Positions 1-9,589 of a DNA stretch of 32,000 bases are shown in pieces (the stretch's first letter is position 1; the number at the start of each line of letters is the position of its first letter). A program made the position numbers and the translations under genes. The stretch is from NCBI RefSeq assembly GCF_900187275.1, contig NZ_LT906458.1, positions 570,001 to 602,000 on the forward strand, written 5' to 3'. A model generated the notes under the pieces. The model was given only the letters and a program-made list of their open reading frames with translations. It was not told the DNA's origin and did not search any database. The stretch comes from Pasteurella multocida (GTDB taxonomy: Bacteria > Pseudomonadota > Gammaproteobacteria > Enterobacterales > Pasteurellaceae).

Positions 1-390
1 AATCAAGAAAGGGCGTAAATAGAGGGTGGCACCAGTACCATAAGGCGCTAACCATGCTTGATTCGCTTTGACCACTTGTTTACAGGCATCAATAAACATG
101 TCTGTTGGCACTTCAGGCATCAATAAACGGCGACAACTGCGTTGCATACGTTCTGCATTTTGATCAGGGCGGAACAAGTTAATCGAACCGTCTTTACAGC
201 GATAAGCTTTGAGTCCTTCAAAGCATTGTTGCCCATAATGAAGTGCGGTTGAACCTTCACTAATATGCAGTACATTATCTTGTGTCAGCTCGCCTTTTGA
301 CCACTTTCCGTCTTTCCAATAAGCGATATAGCGATAATCTGTTTTAATATAGCCAAAGCCTAAATTTTTCCAATCAAGATCTTTTATCAT
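1..390 (-). CDS. ilvE: Branched-chain-amino-acid aminotransferase, N-terminal 130 codons; the gene continues past the left edge
   Basis: Absent from the ORF track because there is no stop in the window. Hand translation of the reverse strand from the ATG at 390-388 gives [130 protein letters not shown], open to base 1. [22 protein letters not shown] and LYLRP are N-terminal signatures of fold-type IV BCAT-type aminotransferases. SD AAGGAC lies 6 nt upstream of the ATG. Confidence 0.85.
   Translation of the reverse strand, partial: MIKDLDWKNLGFGYIKTDYRYIAYWKDGKWSKGELTQDNVLHISEGSTALHYGQQCFEGLKAYRCKDGSINLFRPDQNAERMQRSCRRLLMPEVPTDMFIDACKQVVKANQAWLAPYGTGATLYLRPFLI
241..249 (+). repeat. Hin-type DNA uptake signal sequence core (AAGTGCGGT)
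   Basis: Exact 9-mer, inside ilvE. Confidence 0.8.
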
Positions 391-425
391 TATTATGTCC
401 TTTTATTGTGTTTGGTGATGTTTTT

Positions 426-453
426 AATCTACACCATTCTTCATGGCTTGCAA
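426..453 (-). promoter_or_regulatory. Candidate sigma70 promoter of ilvE
   Basis: On the minus strand: TTGCAA (448-453), a 16-nt spacer, then TAGATT (426-431). The predicted transcription start site (TSS) is near 419, giving a ~29-nt 5' UTR. Sequence match only. Confidence 0.3.
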
Positions 454-555
454 GTCTTTATCTGAAAAAAAGATTAAGATTAAAGAAAAAACGGAACAGC
501 AAATATTTAATCGGAACACAAGCAATGTGAGCAGGTCTATGTTAGAATCGAACAG

Positions 556-776
556 ATAAAAAAACACCGCTCGATAGAGCGGTGTTTAACCAAAAGGGTC
601 TAAAATAAATATACAGGAAGTGAAAATAAGTAACTTAAGATAAGTTACTCTGTTTGGTTTCCCAAACAATATGCAAACACAACATCATACTTAAGTCCGA
701 AACTCTTAACCAGTAAGGAATTACCAATCATTAAGTATGCGCGCATTTTAGAGGGAAATAAGAGAGTGGACAATCG
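556..776 (-). ncRNA. gcvB: GcvB small regulatory RNA (Hfq-dependent, amino-acid transport and metabolism regulon)
   Basis: Minus-strand sequence ..GAUGUUGUGUUUGCAUAUUGUUUGGG.. (661-686) matches the conserved GU-rich R1 seed of E. coli GcvB (GUUGUGUUUGCAAUU). UUUUCACUUCCUGUAUAUUUA (601-626) matches conserved region R2 (UUUUCACUUCCUGUACAUUUA). The 3' end is an intrinsic terminator: stem 562-572/577-587, then a U-run. It is divergent from gcvA, the canonical arrangement. The 5' end is uncertain (about 751-777); a TATAAA -10 candidate lies at 784-789. Confidence 0.88.
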
Positions 777-795
777 ATATTTTTTTATATGAAGC

Positions 796-810
796 ATTAG
801 AAAAACTAAT
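796..810. promoter_or_regulatory. Candidate GcvA (LysR-type) binding site in the gcvA/gcvB divergent control region
   Basis: Perfect inverted repeat ATTAG-N5-CTAAT containing a T-N11-A LysR box. CTAAT is the recalled GcvA core motif. It sits between the gcvB -10 candidate and the gcvA start. Confidence 0.45.
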
Positions 811-861
811 GTGAAGAAACACGCTATATTATAGATCAAAAAGTAAACATTGAGAAGAAAT

Positions 862-1743
862 ATGTATAAACGTTTGCCTCCCTTGAATTCATTGAAAGCA
901 TTTGAATCCGCCGCTAGGCATTTAAGTTTCACAAAAGCTGCAGAAGAATTATTTGTGACACAAGCAGCAATCAGCCATCAAATAAAATTATTAGAAGATT
1001 TTTTAGGTATAACCTTATTCAAACGTAAAAATCGATCGCTGGAATTAACCGAATTAGGCAAAGCTTACTTCACGGATGTGAATAAAATTTTACGGCGATT
1101 GGTAGAAGCAACAGAGAAATTATTAGCCCAGAAAAATGATAAGCACTTAACGATTAGTGTCCCGCAGACCTTTGGTATGCAATGGTTAGTACCACATTTA
1201 AGTGAGTTTAATCAACGCTATCCGGAGATTGAAGTACGCTTAAAAGGGGTAGATCAGGATGAAGGGGTTTTAAATAAAGATATTGATATTGCTATTTATT
1301 ATGGGCAAGGAAACTGGGATAATCTGCAGGTTGAAAAGTTAGTGGAAGAAAATCTTCTTATTCTCGCTTCACCAAAACTCTTAGCGCACAATCCTATTCA
1401 CAGCAAAGAAGATTTGAAACATCATACCCTGATTCATATCCATACCCGTGATAATTGGCAGAACATGGCAAATTTTTTACAGTTAGAAGATTTAAATATT
1501 CAGCAAGGTCCCTTGTTTAGCCATACTTTTATGGCGTTGCAAGCCGCAATTCATGGTCAGGGGTTGGTTTTGGCGAATCGTTTGTTAGCCCAACAGGAAA
1601 TTGATCATGGTCACTTACAAATTGTGTTACCGACCAATTTACATGATCCTAAATCTTTTTATGTGGTGAATCATTTTGATGTAAATGATGAACGTATCCA
1701 AGCATTTCGCGCTTGGATCATTGAAACAATGAAACAAAAATAA
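862..1743 (+). CDS. gcvA: Glycine cleavage system transcriptional activator GcvA (LysR family)
   Basis: ORF track 850..1743 begins at an in-frame TTG. The orthologue-consistent start is ATG 862: [49 protein letters not shown] versus E. coli Gcv[50 protein letters not shown]. The match is colinear along the full length, and a divergent gcvB is present. Confidence 0.92.
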   Translation: MYKRLPPLNSLKAFESAARHLSFTKAAEELFVTQAAISHQIKLLEDFLGITLFKRKNRSLELTELGKAYFTDVNKILRRLVEATEKLLAQKNDKHLTISVPQTFGMQWLVPHLSEFNQRYPEIEVRLKGVDQDEGVLNKDIDIAIYYGQGNWDNLQVEKLVEENLLILASPKLLAHNPIHSKEDLKHHTLIHIHTRDNWQNMANFLQLEDLNIQQGPLFSHTFMALQAAIHGQGLVLANRLLAQQEIDHGHLQIVLPTNLHDPKSFYVVNHFDVNDERIQAFRAWIIETMKQK

Positions 1744-2840
1744 TGAATAAATTAGTATTATATTGCCGTCCTGGCTTTGAAAAAGAACTTGCCGCTGAAA
1801 TCAGTGAAAAAGCGGCTGAACTGGGCATATTTGGTTTTGCCAGAGTAGAGGAAAATCAAGGCTATGTGATTTTTGAATGTTACCAAACCGACGATGCCGA
1901 TCGCCTAGCGCGTGAAATTCCTTTTAATCAACTGATTTTTGCCCGCCAAATGATCGTCGTATCTGACCTTTTAGCCGATCTCCCAGTTCAAGATCGCATT
2001 AGTCCGATTATTCAGCAATACCAAGCGATAGCCCATCGAATCAATTTAACATACAGCACCGAATTACTTGTTGAAACAGCCGATACGAATGAGGCAAAAT
2101 CACTGTCTGCTTTTTGTCGCAAATTTACCGTGCCATTACGCCAAGCCCTAAAAAAACAAGGTTGGTTACAGGGGACTCGACATCATAAACAAGGGCTGAC
2201 ATTACATATTCTGATGTTAGATTCAACTCAATGTTATGTGGGGTATTCTTATAATCATAATCATTCTGAGCATTTTATGGGGATTCCGCGTTTGAAATTT
2301 CCGCTAGATGCGCCAAGCCGTTCAACGTTAAAATTAGAAGAAGCCATTCTGACTTTCCTGTCTAGGGAAGAAGAAAAGAAACGTTTGAATGAGCAAATGT
2401 ATGCTGTGGATTTGGGCGCTTGCCCCGGTGGTTGGACATATCAGCTCGTCAAGCGTGGATTATTTGTTTATGCGGTCGATCACGGCAAAATGGCGGCGAG
2501 CTTACACGATACCGGACGTATTGAGCATTGCGCGGAAGATGGCTTTAAATTTCAACCACCGAAACGCAGCAAAATTGATTGGTTGGTCTGTGATATGGTG
2601 GAACAACCTAGCCGAATCAGCCAATTAATCCTCAAGTGGTTAGTGAATGGCTGGTGCCATGAAACGATTTTTAATTTGAAATTGCCGATGAAAAAACGCT
2701 ATCTTGAAGTGAAAAAATGTTTGCAGATGATCGAGGAAAGCTTAGAAAAACAGGGATTCCGTTACCATATTCAAGCGAAACATTTATATCATGATAGAGA
2801 AGAAATTACGGTGCATATTGCCGTCAAAGCGTTGGACTAA
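1743..2840 (+). CDS. rlmM: 23S rRNA (cytidine2498-2'-O)-methyltransferase RlmM
   Basis: 365 aa. [15 protein letters not shown].., [36 protein letters not shown] (SAM site), [18 protein letters not shown] and [11 protein letters not shown] are colinear with E. coli RlmM/YgdE (366 aa). The start overlaps the gcvA stop (TAATG at 1741-1745). Confidence 0.93.
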   Translation: MNKLVLYCRPGFEKELAAEISEKAAELGIFGFARVEENQGYVIFECYQTDDADRLAREIPFNQLIFARQMIVVSDLLADLPVQDRISPIIQQYQAIAHRINLTYSTELLVETADTNEAKSLSAFCRKFTVPLRQALKKQGWLQGTRHHKQGLTLHILMLDSTQCYVGYSYNHNHSEHFMGIPRLKFPLDAPSRSTLKLEEAILTFLSREEEKKRLNEQMYAVDLGACPGGWTYQLVKRGLFVYAVDHGKMAASLHDTGRIEHCAEDGFKFQPPKRSKIDWLVCDMVEQPSRISQLILKWLVNGWCHETIFNLKLPMKKRYLEVKKCLQMIEESLEKQGFRYHIQAKHLYHDREEITVHIAVKALD

Positions 2841-2853
2841 CTGATGGATGAAC

Positions 2854-2890
2854 AACACACCGCCTTGATAAAGTGCGGTGTGTTTTTTTG
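2854..2890 (+). terminator. Rho-independent terminator of gcvA-rlmM
   Basis: Stem AACACACCGC (2854-2863) / GCGGTGTGTT (2875-2884), followed by TTTTTTG. The right arm contains an uptake signal sequence (USS, AAGTGCGGT at 2871-2879). Confidence 0.8.
2871..2879 (+). repeat. Hin-type DNA uptake signal sequence core (AAGTGCGGT)
   Basis: Exact 9-mer, in the right arm of the rlmM terminator. Confidence 0.8.
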
Positions 2891-2922
2891 ATTTTTTTAT
2901 GTAAAAGGTAGGGGAGAGGACA

Positions 2923-3786
2923 CTACTGATTGCCTGTTTTTAAATAGCTTTTTAAGGTTTGTTCAATTTCATAGATCCAATCTAATTCATATTGTGTAAA
3001 ACCCGCTTGTAAACGTGCATCTGTATTAATGACACCTTTGAAAATCACAATACGATATTTACGCAGTAATTCAGCAAAAGATTGCATCGCATCTAGTCCG
3101 CGTTTCTCTGACAGGGCATGATACCAGTGATTACCAATGCCAACATGCCCGATCTCATCACGTAAAATCACATCAAGAATTTCCACTGCTGCAAAATCTT
3201 TCCGTTGACGGATTTTATCTTGTAACACTGGTGTGGCATCCAAACCTCGCGCTTCAAGAACACGCGGAACGAGTGCCATACGTTCCCAAATATCATGTGC
3301 GGTCGCTTGTGCCATTTCCCATAAACCCGCATGTGCCTCAAAATCACCGTACTGATAGCCTAAGCTTTTCAAATGTTGATTGAGCAAACTAAAGTGGGTA
3401 CTTTCCTCACGCGCTACCCGTAGCCAATCCTTAACAAATGCCATGCCTTGATTCAGTTCTTGTTGTGCACAGCGACCAAAACGCCAAGCCGCATCCAGTC
3501 CAAGATTAATCGCATTAAATTCAATGTGTGCAATGGCATGTAACGTGGCAGCATACCCTTCCTCTGTGGCAAAAGCCCGTTTGGGCACGTCTTTCGGCGC
3601 GACACAAAGGGGTCTAGTTGGAAAACCAGCGATATCTTGTGTGGCATTGACCTCAGGAAAATCTGATATACAAGAGAATTGCACTTGAGGCAGTAATTCA
3701 TCATATAAATGATTGACGAGTGCACATTTCTCTTCTGGGCGTGTTTCAGTTAATGCTTCTGTGATGGCATGCCAAAGTGCGGTCAT
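2923..3786 (-). CDS. DUF455-family ferritin-like (di-iron four-helix-bundle) protein, function unknown
   Basis: 287 aa. Two E...ExxH pairs typical of di-iron carboxylate proteins: HIEFNAI ... REESTHF, and VLEARG ... RDEIGHVG. The start ATG overlaps the tesB stop (ATGA at 3783-3786). Confidence 0.75.
   Translation of the reverse strand: MTALWHAITEALTETRPEEKCALVNHLYDELLPQVQFSCISDFPEVNATQDIAGFPTRPLCVAPKDVPKRAFATEEGYAATLHAIAHIEFNAINLGLDAAWRFGRCAQQELNQGMAFVKDWLRVAREESTHFSLLNQHLKSLGYQYGDFEAHAGLWEMAQATAHDIWERMALVPRVLEARGLDATPVLQDKIRQRKDFAAVEILDVILRDEIGHVGIGNHWYHALSEKRGLDAMQSFAELLRKYRIVIFKGVINTDARLQAGFTQYELDWIYEIEQTLKSYLKTGNQ
3775..3783 (+). repeat. Hin-type DNA uptake signal sequence core (AAGTGCGGT)
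   Basis: Exact 9-mer, at the tesB/DUF455 junction. Confidence 0.8.
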
Positions 3787-4661
3787 TTTTCACCTCCTTT
3801 TTCAGGTGTATAACGAATTAAGCCTTCTTGCTGCGTCGTAGCAATTAAACGACCTTGGCGGTCAAAAATTTGCCCTCGTGCCAAACCACGTGCAGCAAAA
3901 GCATTATTGCTTTCAATGGCATAGAGCAACCAATCATTTAAATCAAAAGGACGGTGGAACCAAATAGAATGATCAATTGTGGCTACTTTCATCCCCGGTT
4001 GTAAAAAGCCTTTTTGGTGGGGATGAAGTGCGGTTAATAAACAATGAAAATCGGAAAAATAAGCCAGTAAACATTGTTGGATTTTGTGATCTTGTGGTGC
4101 ATGACCATTGGCTTTTACCCAAGCAAATTGTTCTGCGGGTAGTTGGCTGCCATGAAAGGGATTGTTGATATATTTGGTGCGGATATCAAAAGGGCGCTCT
4201 GCGGTGAATTTGGCACGAATGGCTTCGGGAATATGAGGTGCCAGTTTTTGAATAATCACACTTTCTGCGATCAATTGATCGGGGGATTCTACATCCGGCA
4301 TTTTACTTTGATGATCAAACCCTTGCTCTGCTTTTTGGAAAGAGGCGGTAATATGGCAAATCGGCTCATTGTGTTGAATCGCTTTGACGCGTAAAGCAGT
4401 AAAATTACGTCCTTCGCGCAAGGTTTCCACATCATAAATAATCCCATGTTGACTATCGCCCGGCGAAAGAAAATAAGCATGGCAAGAGTGCAAAACACGA
4501 TCCGGCGGGGCGACCTGTATTGCCGCGGATAAGGCTTGTGCGACGACTTGACCACCAAATACTTGGCGTAAACCTAAATCTTCACTTTTGCCACGAAAAA
4601 GGAAATCATCGAGGCGTTCAAGTTGTAATAAGGCAATTAAATTATTCAGGACATTCGACAT
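3783..4661 (-). CDS. tesB: Acyl-CoA thioesterase II
   Basis: ORF track 3783..4763 starts at a GTG 34 codons too early. From ATG 4661: [40 protein letters not shown] versus E. coli TesB [53 protein letters not shown] is also conserved. The protein is then 292 aa, against 286 aa in E. coli. Confidence 0.93.
   Translation of the reverse strand: [292 protein letters not shown]
4026..4034 (+). repeat. Hin-type DNA uptake signal sequence core (AAGTGCGGT)
   Basis: Exact 9-mer, inside tesB. Confidence 0.8.
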
Positions 4662-4771
4662 ATTTTGTTCCTTATTGTGAATAGGGTATAGAATACGAGA
4701 ACGGTTTTTGTTTAGAAAACCGCTAAACGTTATAAAATATAAGCAATCCCACGGAAATCGCACATCAATGT

Positions 4772-4800
4772 TTGCAATATCTCAAATCTTGTTGCATAAT
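4772..4800 (+). promoter_or_regulatory. Candidate promoter of ffs
   Basis: TTGCAA (4772-4777), a 17-nt spacer, then CATAAT (4795-4800). This would give a ~36-nt 5' leader ahead of the mature 4.5S 5' end. The E. coli 4.5S RNA is also made as a 5'-extended, RNase P-processed precursor. Confidence 0.4.
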
Positions 4801-4842
4801 ACGCGACCTAATCACTTGACGAAAGCACAGTGATTATCCTAT

Positions 4843-4956
4843 GGAAACCTTCTCGGTTCCTCGCAATGGTGTCTGGTTTACCCGGTCAGGTTCGGAAGAA
4901 AGCAGCCAAAGTCAGAATTTCTGTGTGCCGAGATCAAGCTGGGAAGGTTTCCACCC
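4843..4956 (+). ncRNA. ffs: Signal recognition particle 4.5S RNA
   Basis: A 114-nt stretch, GGAAACCUUCUCGGUUCCUCGCAAUGGUGUCUGGUUUACCCGGUCAGGUUCGGAAGAAAGCAGCCAAAGUCAGAAUUUCUGUGUGCCGAGAUCAAGCUGGGAAGGUUUCCACCC. It aligns end to end with E. coli 4.5S RNA (114 nt), including the domain IV core GGUCAGGUCCGGAAGGAAGCAGCC and a terminal helix ending CCACCC. The 5' and 3' ends pair (GGAAACCUUC / GGAAGGUUUCC). Confidence 0.95.
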
Positions 4957-4975
4957 AACGCTATCCTTCTCTTCC

Positions 4976-6706
4976 TTAAATCCGTTCAATCAACTGTCTA
5001 AAATAACCTTGTTCTAACTGGCTGAGCTCGTGATAATTGCCTTGTTCAATTAATGTTGCTTCATCAATCATACAAAGCAAATCAAATTGATCAATAAAGG
5101 TTAATCGATGAGTAACCATTAAAAGAGTTTTGCCTTGCGCGTGCGCTAAAATTAGACGTAAAATTTGGCGTTCAGTTTCACGATCTAGCCCTTCTGTGGG
5201 TTCGTCTAATAAAAGAATAGGGGCGTTATTTAATAATACACGTGCCAAGCCTAAACGACGTTGTTCTCCACCAGAAAGCGGACGACCGCCGTCGCCAAGC
5301 CAGCTATCAAGCCCTTCATCTTGAGTAAGCAATTTTTCTAGTCCGACTTGCTGTAATACCGCGATCATTTTTTCATCGTCGATCAGATTTGCGTTCGCTA
5401 TTTGCAAATTATTGCGCAAGGTGTCACTAAAGACATGAACACGTTGGGTCAAAAAGCAAATTTGCTCACGTAATGCTTGTTCACTGTAGTGTTGGATAGG
5501 TTTGCCTGCAAGTCGTAAGTTACCTTGTTCTGCATCATAATTACGTACTAAAAGTTGTAAAAGAGTTGATTTACCACTCCCGGTTTTACCTAAAATCGCG
5601 ACTTTTTGTCCACTTAAAATCCTTAAATTAAGGCGATTGAGCGCAAGATTGTCGCGTGTAGGATAACGGAACGACAGATTTTCTGCCTCAATTAAAGGTT
5701 GTTCTGTTTGTTCAAATTGTTCATTTCCATCAAAGCTCACTAATGCCTTTTGTGCAATGATATCATTGACATTTTCCGCTGAAGCAATCACCTGTCCAAT
5801 ATGCAAAAACGCAGCACCAATGGGCATTAAAATTTCAAAAGAAGCCAGTGCCGAAAAGGTAAACAATGCCATCAGTGCGGCTTTATAGGTTCCATTGCCA
5901 AGATCGGCTTCTGCAGCAAACCATAAAGTCGCTGACAAAATAAACCCATTTACTAGTAATAAAATTGCACTGGAAAGCCCTGCTAAATTGGCTTCTTTTT
6001 GTTGATACGCTTGCCATGCTTGTTCTGTTTGGTTGAGTTTTTGTTGGTGTTGTGTGCTTGCGTTAAATAACAATAATTCTGCTTGGGCTTGAATAAATTC
6101 AACAAATTGCGTGCGATAAGTGGCACGTGAGCTAATTAATTTCTCACCAAACTTTGTGCCTAAATGATAAAAAACAGTAGGGATAATCAATAAAAAACAG
6201 AGTAAGGTTAAACCAATAAACAGTGCTAACGGGACATGAATAAAGCTTAATCCGAATGTAATCAAACCGATCACGACAATGGCGCTGATAAAGGGGGCAA
6301 TTAAACGCAAATATAAGCTATCTAGCGTATCTACATCTGCCACTAAACGATTTAATAAATCACTGTTGCGATAACGGTTAAGTACCGCGGGACTGAGGGG
6401 AATGATGCGACGAAAAACTTGTACACGCAATTTGGCTAATACACGGAAAGTGGCATCATGGGTCACCACTTTTTCAAAATAGCGTGCTACGGTACGTCCA
6501 ATTGCAAGTCCACGTACACCAGCGGAAGGGTAGAAGAAATTAAATAATGTCCCCACACCAGCAATTGCCGTTGCAGCTAAAAACCAACCGGATAGGGTGA
6601 GCAAACCAATACTGGCGGCTAAGCCAGTAATCATTAATAGGACGCCGAGAAATAGCGTCAACTTAGCATGTTTAAAAAGACGTAAAAAAGGGAAGAGTGC
6701 ACGCAT
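4976..6706 (-). CDS. cydC: Cysteine/glutathione ABC exporter subunit CydC (cytochrome bd assembly)
   Basis: 576 aa. N-terminal 6-TM domain plus a nucleotide-binding domain with Walker A GKTGSGKST, signature LSGGEQRRL and Walker B LLLDEPTEGLD. Size and position immediately downstream of cydD match E. coli (573 aa). Confidence 0.9.
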   Translation of the reverse strand: MRALFPFLRLFKHAKLTLFLGVLLMITGLAASIGLLTLSGWFLAATAIAGVGTLFNFFYPSAGVRGLAIGRTVARYFEKVVTHDATFRVLAKLRVQVFRRIIPLSPAVLNRYRNSDLLNRLVADVDTLDSLYLRLIAPFISAIVVIGLITFGLSFIHVPLALFIGLTLLCFLLIIPTVFYHLGTKFGEKLISSRATYRTQFVEFIQAQAELLLFNASTQHQQKLNQTEQAWQAYQQKEANLAGLSSAILLLVNGFILSATLWFAAEADLGNGTYKAALMALFTFSALASFEILMPIGAAFLHIGQVIASAENVNDIIAQKALVSFDGNEQFEQTEQPLIEAENLSFRYPTRDNLALNRLNLRILSGQKVAILGKTGSGKSTLLQLLVRNYDAEQGNLRLAGKPIQHYSEQALREQICFLTQRVHVFSDTLRNNLQIANANLIDDEKMIAVLQQVGLEKLLTQDEGLDSWLGDGGRPLSGGEQRRLGLARVLLNNAPILLLDEPTEGLDRETERQILRLILAHAQGKTLLMVTHRLTFIDQFDLLCMIDEATLIEQGNYHELSQLEQGYFRQLIERI

Positions 6707-8469
6707 TAATTTACATCCTGTTTTCGTTGGGTCAATAATTCAGCAAAGAACCCCGTATTTTTTAATTGTTCAAAATGCCCTTGTTGAACAATTGCACCTT
6801 GTTGCATGACTAAAATCGTGTCACATTGTTTTAAATCTTCAATACGATGCGTAATCATCAAAGTGGTTTGTTGCTGACTCATGTGTTGTAAAGCTTGCAA
6901 AACGAGATTTTCAGACTGTGCGTCTAAACTGGCAGTTGGTTCATCGAGTAAAAGTAAATGACCTTGACGCAGCAAGGCGCGAGCAATCGCTAAACGTTGC
7001 GCTTGTCCCACAGAAACACCAAGCCCACCATCCTTAATTTCGCTGTTTAGTCCCAGTTTATCTGTGAATTCTTTGGCTTGTGCTAAACACAAAGCCTGAT
7101 CAATTTGTGCGTCTGTTGCCTCAATATCGCCTAATAAGAGATTTTCTTTGATGCTTCCTTGTAATAACAGCGGGTTTTGTCCTACCCAAGCAATATGTTT
7201 ACGCCATTGTGTAATATTCATCTCTTTGAGTTCAATACCATTGATTTTTAAGCTTCCTTGATAGGCTAGAAAGCCGAGAATTGCGTTGAATAAGGACGTT
7301 TTTCCTGCACCACTTTGTCCAACAATAGCCGTGTGGCTTCCTGCAGGTAACGAAAAATTGAGGGCTTGAGTTAATGGCTTTCCTTGTGGCGAGAGAATCA
7401 CAAGGTTTTCTGCGCAGATTTCCACCGCACTTTCGATATGGGGATTCTGTTGTGCTGTTGACTGTGCCGTTGTGTGATTGGCTTCTAAGAAGTCGACAAT
7501 CACGTCCGCTGCGCCAATTCCAGCGGCACGATCATGGTAATATGTGCCGAGATCACGCAAGGGTTGGTAAAACTCTGGCGCTAAAATTAAACAAAAGAAA
7601 CCAACAAATAAGGTAAGAGGGGCATCATAGGTACCAAAGTTTAATTCACCTAAATAACTGAATCCAAAATATACCGCCATTAGCGCAATTGAAATGGAAG
7701 TAAAAAACTCTAAGACGGCAGAGGAAAGAAATGCCATCTTTAATACGTCCATCGTTGTTTCGCGAAAATCTTCGGTATTTTTTTCGATATGTTGTGTTTG
7801 TTCTTCAGTGCGATTAAAGAGACGTAGGGTTTCTAAACCGCGTAAACGGTCTAAAAATTGTCCGCTCAGTTTGGCTAAGGTCGCCATATTTTTCTGACTA
7901 CTGTCTGCCGCCGCAATCCCAACTAAAATCATAAAAATCGGGATGAGTGGCGCGGTGATCATGAGAACTAAACCTGCCGCCCAGTTTAAGGGAAAAATCG
8001 CGATTAAAATGACAACGGGGACAATGGCAGACAGTGCCTGTTGGGGTAAATAGCGCGCATAGTAATTATGGAGGTTTTCCACTTGCTCTAACATAATGGT
8101 CGCCCAGCTCCCCGCGGGTTTATTGTTAATGGTGGCGGGACCGACTTGATGGATTTTGTCTAAGATCTTCTGACGCAAAATATTGCGTAAAATTCGACCG
8201 CACTTAAAGCCAATTTGTTCACGTACCCATAAAATGATAGCACGTAGAGCAAAGCCAATAACTAAGCCAATAAAAGAAGGGAGTAATTCATGCCTTGCTG
8301 TATTGAGCATGATCAAGTGATGGAGAAGATTCGCTAAAAAGTAGGTATTTATCACTAAGATCACCGAAGATACCGAAGCCAGCATAATATTAAGATTTAA
8401 TAGTCTTCTGATGGGTTTCTGTTGTGACCAAAGCCATTTTTGTAAATATTTTTGGCGAGATTTTTCCAT
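6706..8469 (-). CDS. cydD: Cysteine/glutathione ABC exporter subunit CydD
   Basis: 587 aa. MEKSRQKYLQKWL.. versus E. coli MNKSRQKELTRWL... Conserved KPAGSWATIMLEQVE, FLDRLRGLETLRLF and APEFYQPLRDLGTYYH; Walker A GQSGAGKTS; Walker B LLLLDEPTASLD. Its stop overlaps the cydC start by 1 nt (TAATG). Confidence 0.92.
   Translation of the reverse strand: MEKSRQKYLQKWLWSQQKPIRRLLNLNIMLASVSSVILVINTYFLANLLHHLIMLNTARHELLPSFIGLVIGFALRAIILWVREQIGFKCGRILRNILRQKILDKIHQVGPATINNKPAGSWATIMLEQVENLHNYYARYLPQQALSAIVPVVILIAIFPLNWAAGLVLMITAPLIPIFMILVGIAAADSSQKNMATLAKLSGQFLDRLRGLETLRLFNRTEEQTQHIEKNTEDFRETTMDVLKMAFLSSAVLEFFTSISIALMAVYFGFSYLGELNFGTYDAPLTLFVGFFCLILAPEFYQPLRDLGTYYHDRAAGIGAADVIVDFLEANHTTAQSTAQQNPHIESAVEICAENLVILSPQGKPLTQALNFSLPAGSHTAIVGQSGAGKTSLFNAILGFLAYQGSLKINGIELKEMNITQWRKHIAWVGQNPLLLQGSIKENLLLGDIEATDAQIDQALCLAQAKEFTDKLGLNSEIKDGGLGVSVGQAQRLAIARALLRQGHLLLLDEPTASLDAQSENLVLQALQHMSQQQTTLMITHRIEDLKQCDTILVMQQGAIVQQGHFEQLKNTGFFAELLTQRKQDVN
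7424..7432 (-). repeat. Hin-type DNA uptake signal sequence core (ACCGCACTT on the plus strand)
   Basis: Exact reverse-complement 9-mer, inside cydD. Confidence 0.8.
8197..8205 (-). repeat. Hin-type DNA uptake signal sequence core (ACCGCACTT on the plus strand)
   Basis: Exact reverse-complement 9-mer, inside cydD. Confidence 0.8.
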
Positions 8470-8497
8470 AACTGTCCGATTATTGATTCCGTAAGCG

Positions 8498-8538
8498 AAA
8501 AAAAATTATTCGCCCAAAGGCGAGATTGGACGAATAAT
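8498..8538 (-). terminator. Candidate intrinsic terminator after trxB
   Basis: On the minus strand, either of two stems is followed by a run of 8 U (8498-8505). One is ATTATTCG/CGAATAAT (8531-8538 / 8505-8512). The other is an inner GC stem, TCGCC-N4-GGCGA (8510-8523). The structure is weak to moderate. Confidence 0.4.
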
Positions 8539-8554
8539 ATAAAACAATAAAATG

Positions 8555-9556
<1,002 letters not shown>

Positions 9557-9589
9557 TCAGAGAGGGCAATCTATCACTAATCTTGCCTA

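Noticed and set aside
492-518. Direct repeat CGGAACA x2, spaced 20 bp apart, between the gcvB terminator and the ilvE promoter.
   Set aside because: A 7-bp repeat occurring twice is within chance expectation. It matches no regulator motif I know.
645-932. A 95-aa ORF on the minus strand ([13 protein letters not shown]...).
   Set aside because: It spans the gcvB RNA gene, the gcvA/gcvB control region and the first 24 codons of gcvA in antisense. It has no SD and an odd, low-complexity composition. The sequence conservation here is explained by GcvB R1/R2, not by coding.
4702-4722. Perfect 7-bp inverted repeat CGGTTTT-N7-AAAACCG, 41-61 nt upstream of the tesB ATG.
   Set aside because: It could be a UTR hairpin or an operator. 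It has no U-tail, matches no known operator consensus (it is not FadR-like) and has no second copy. There is not enough to call it.
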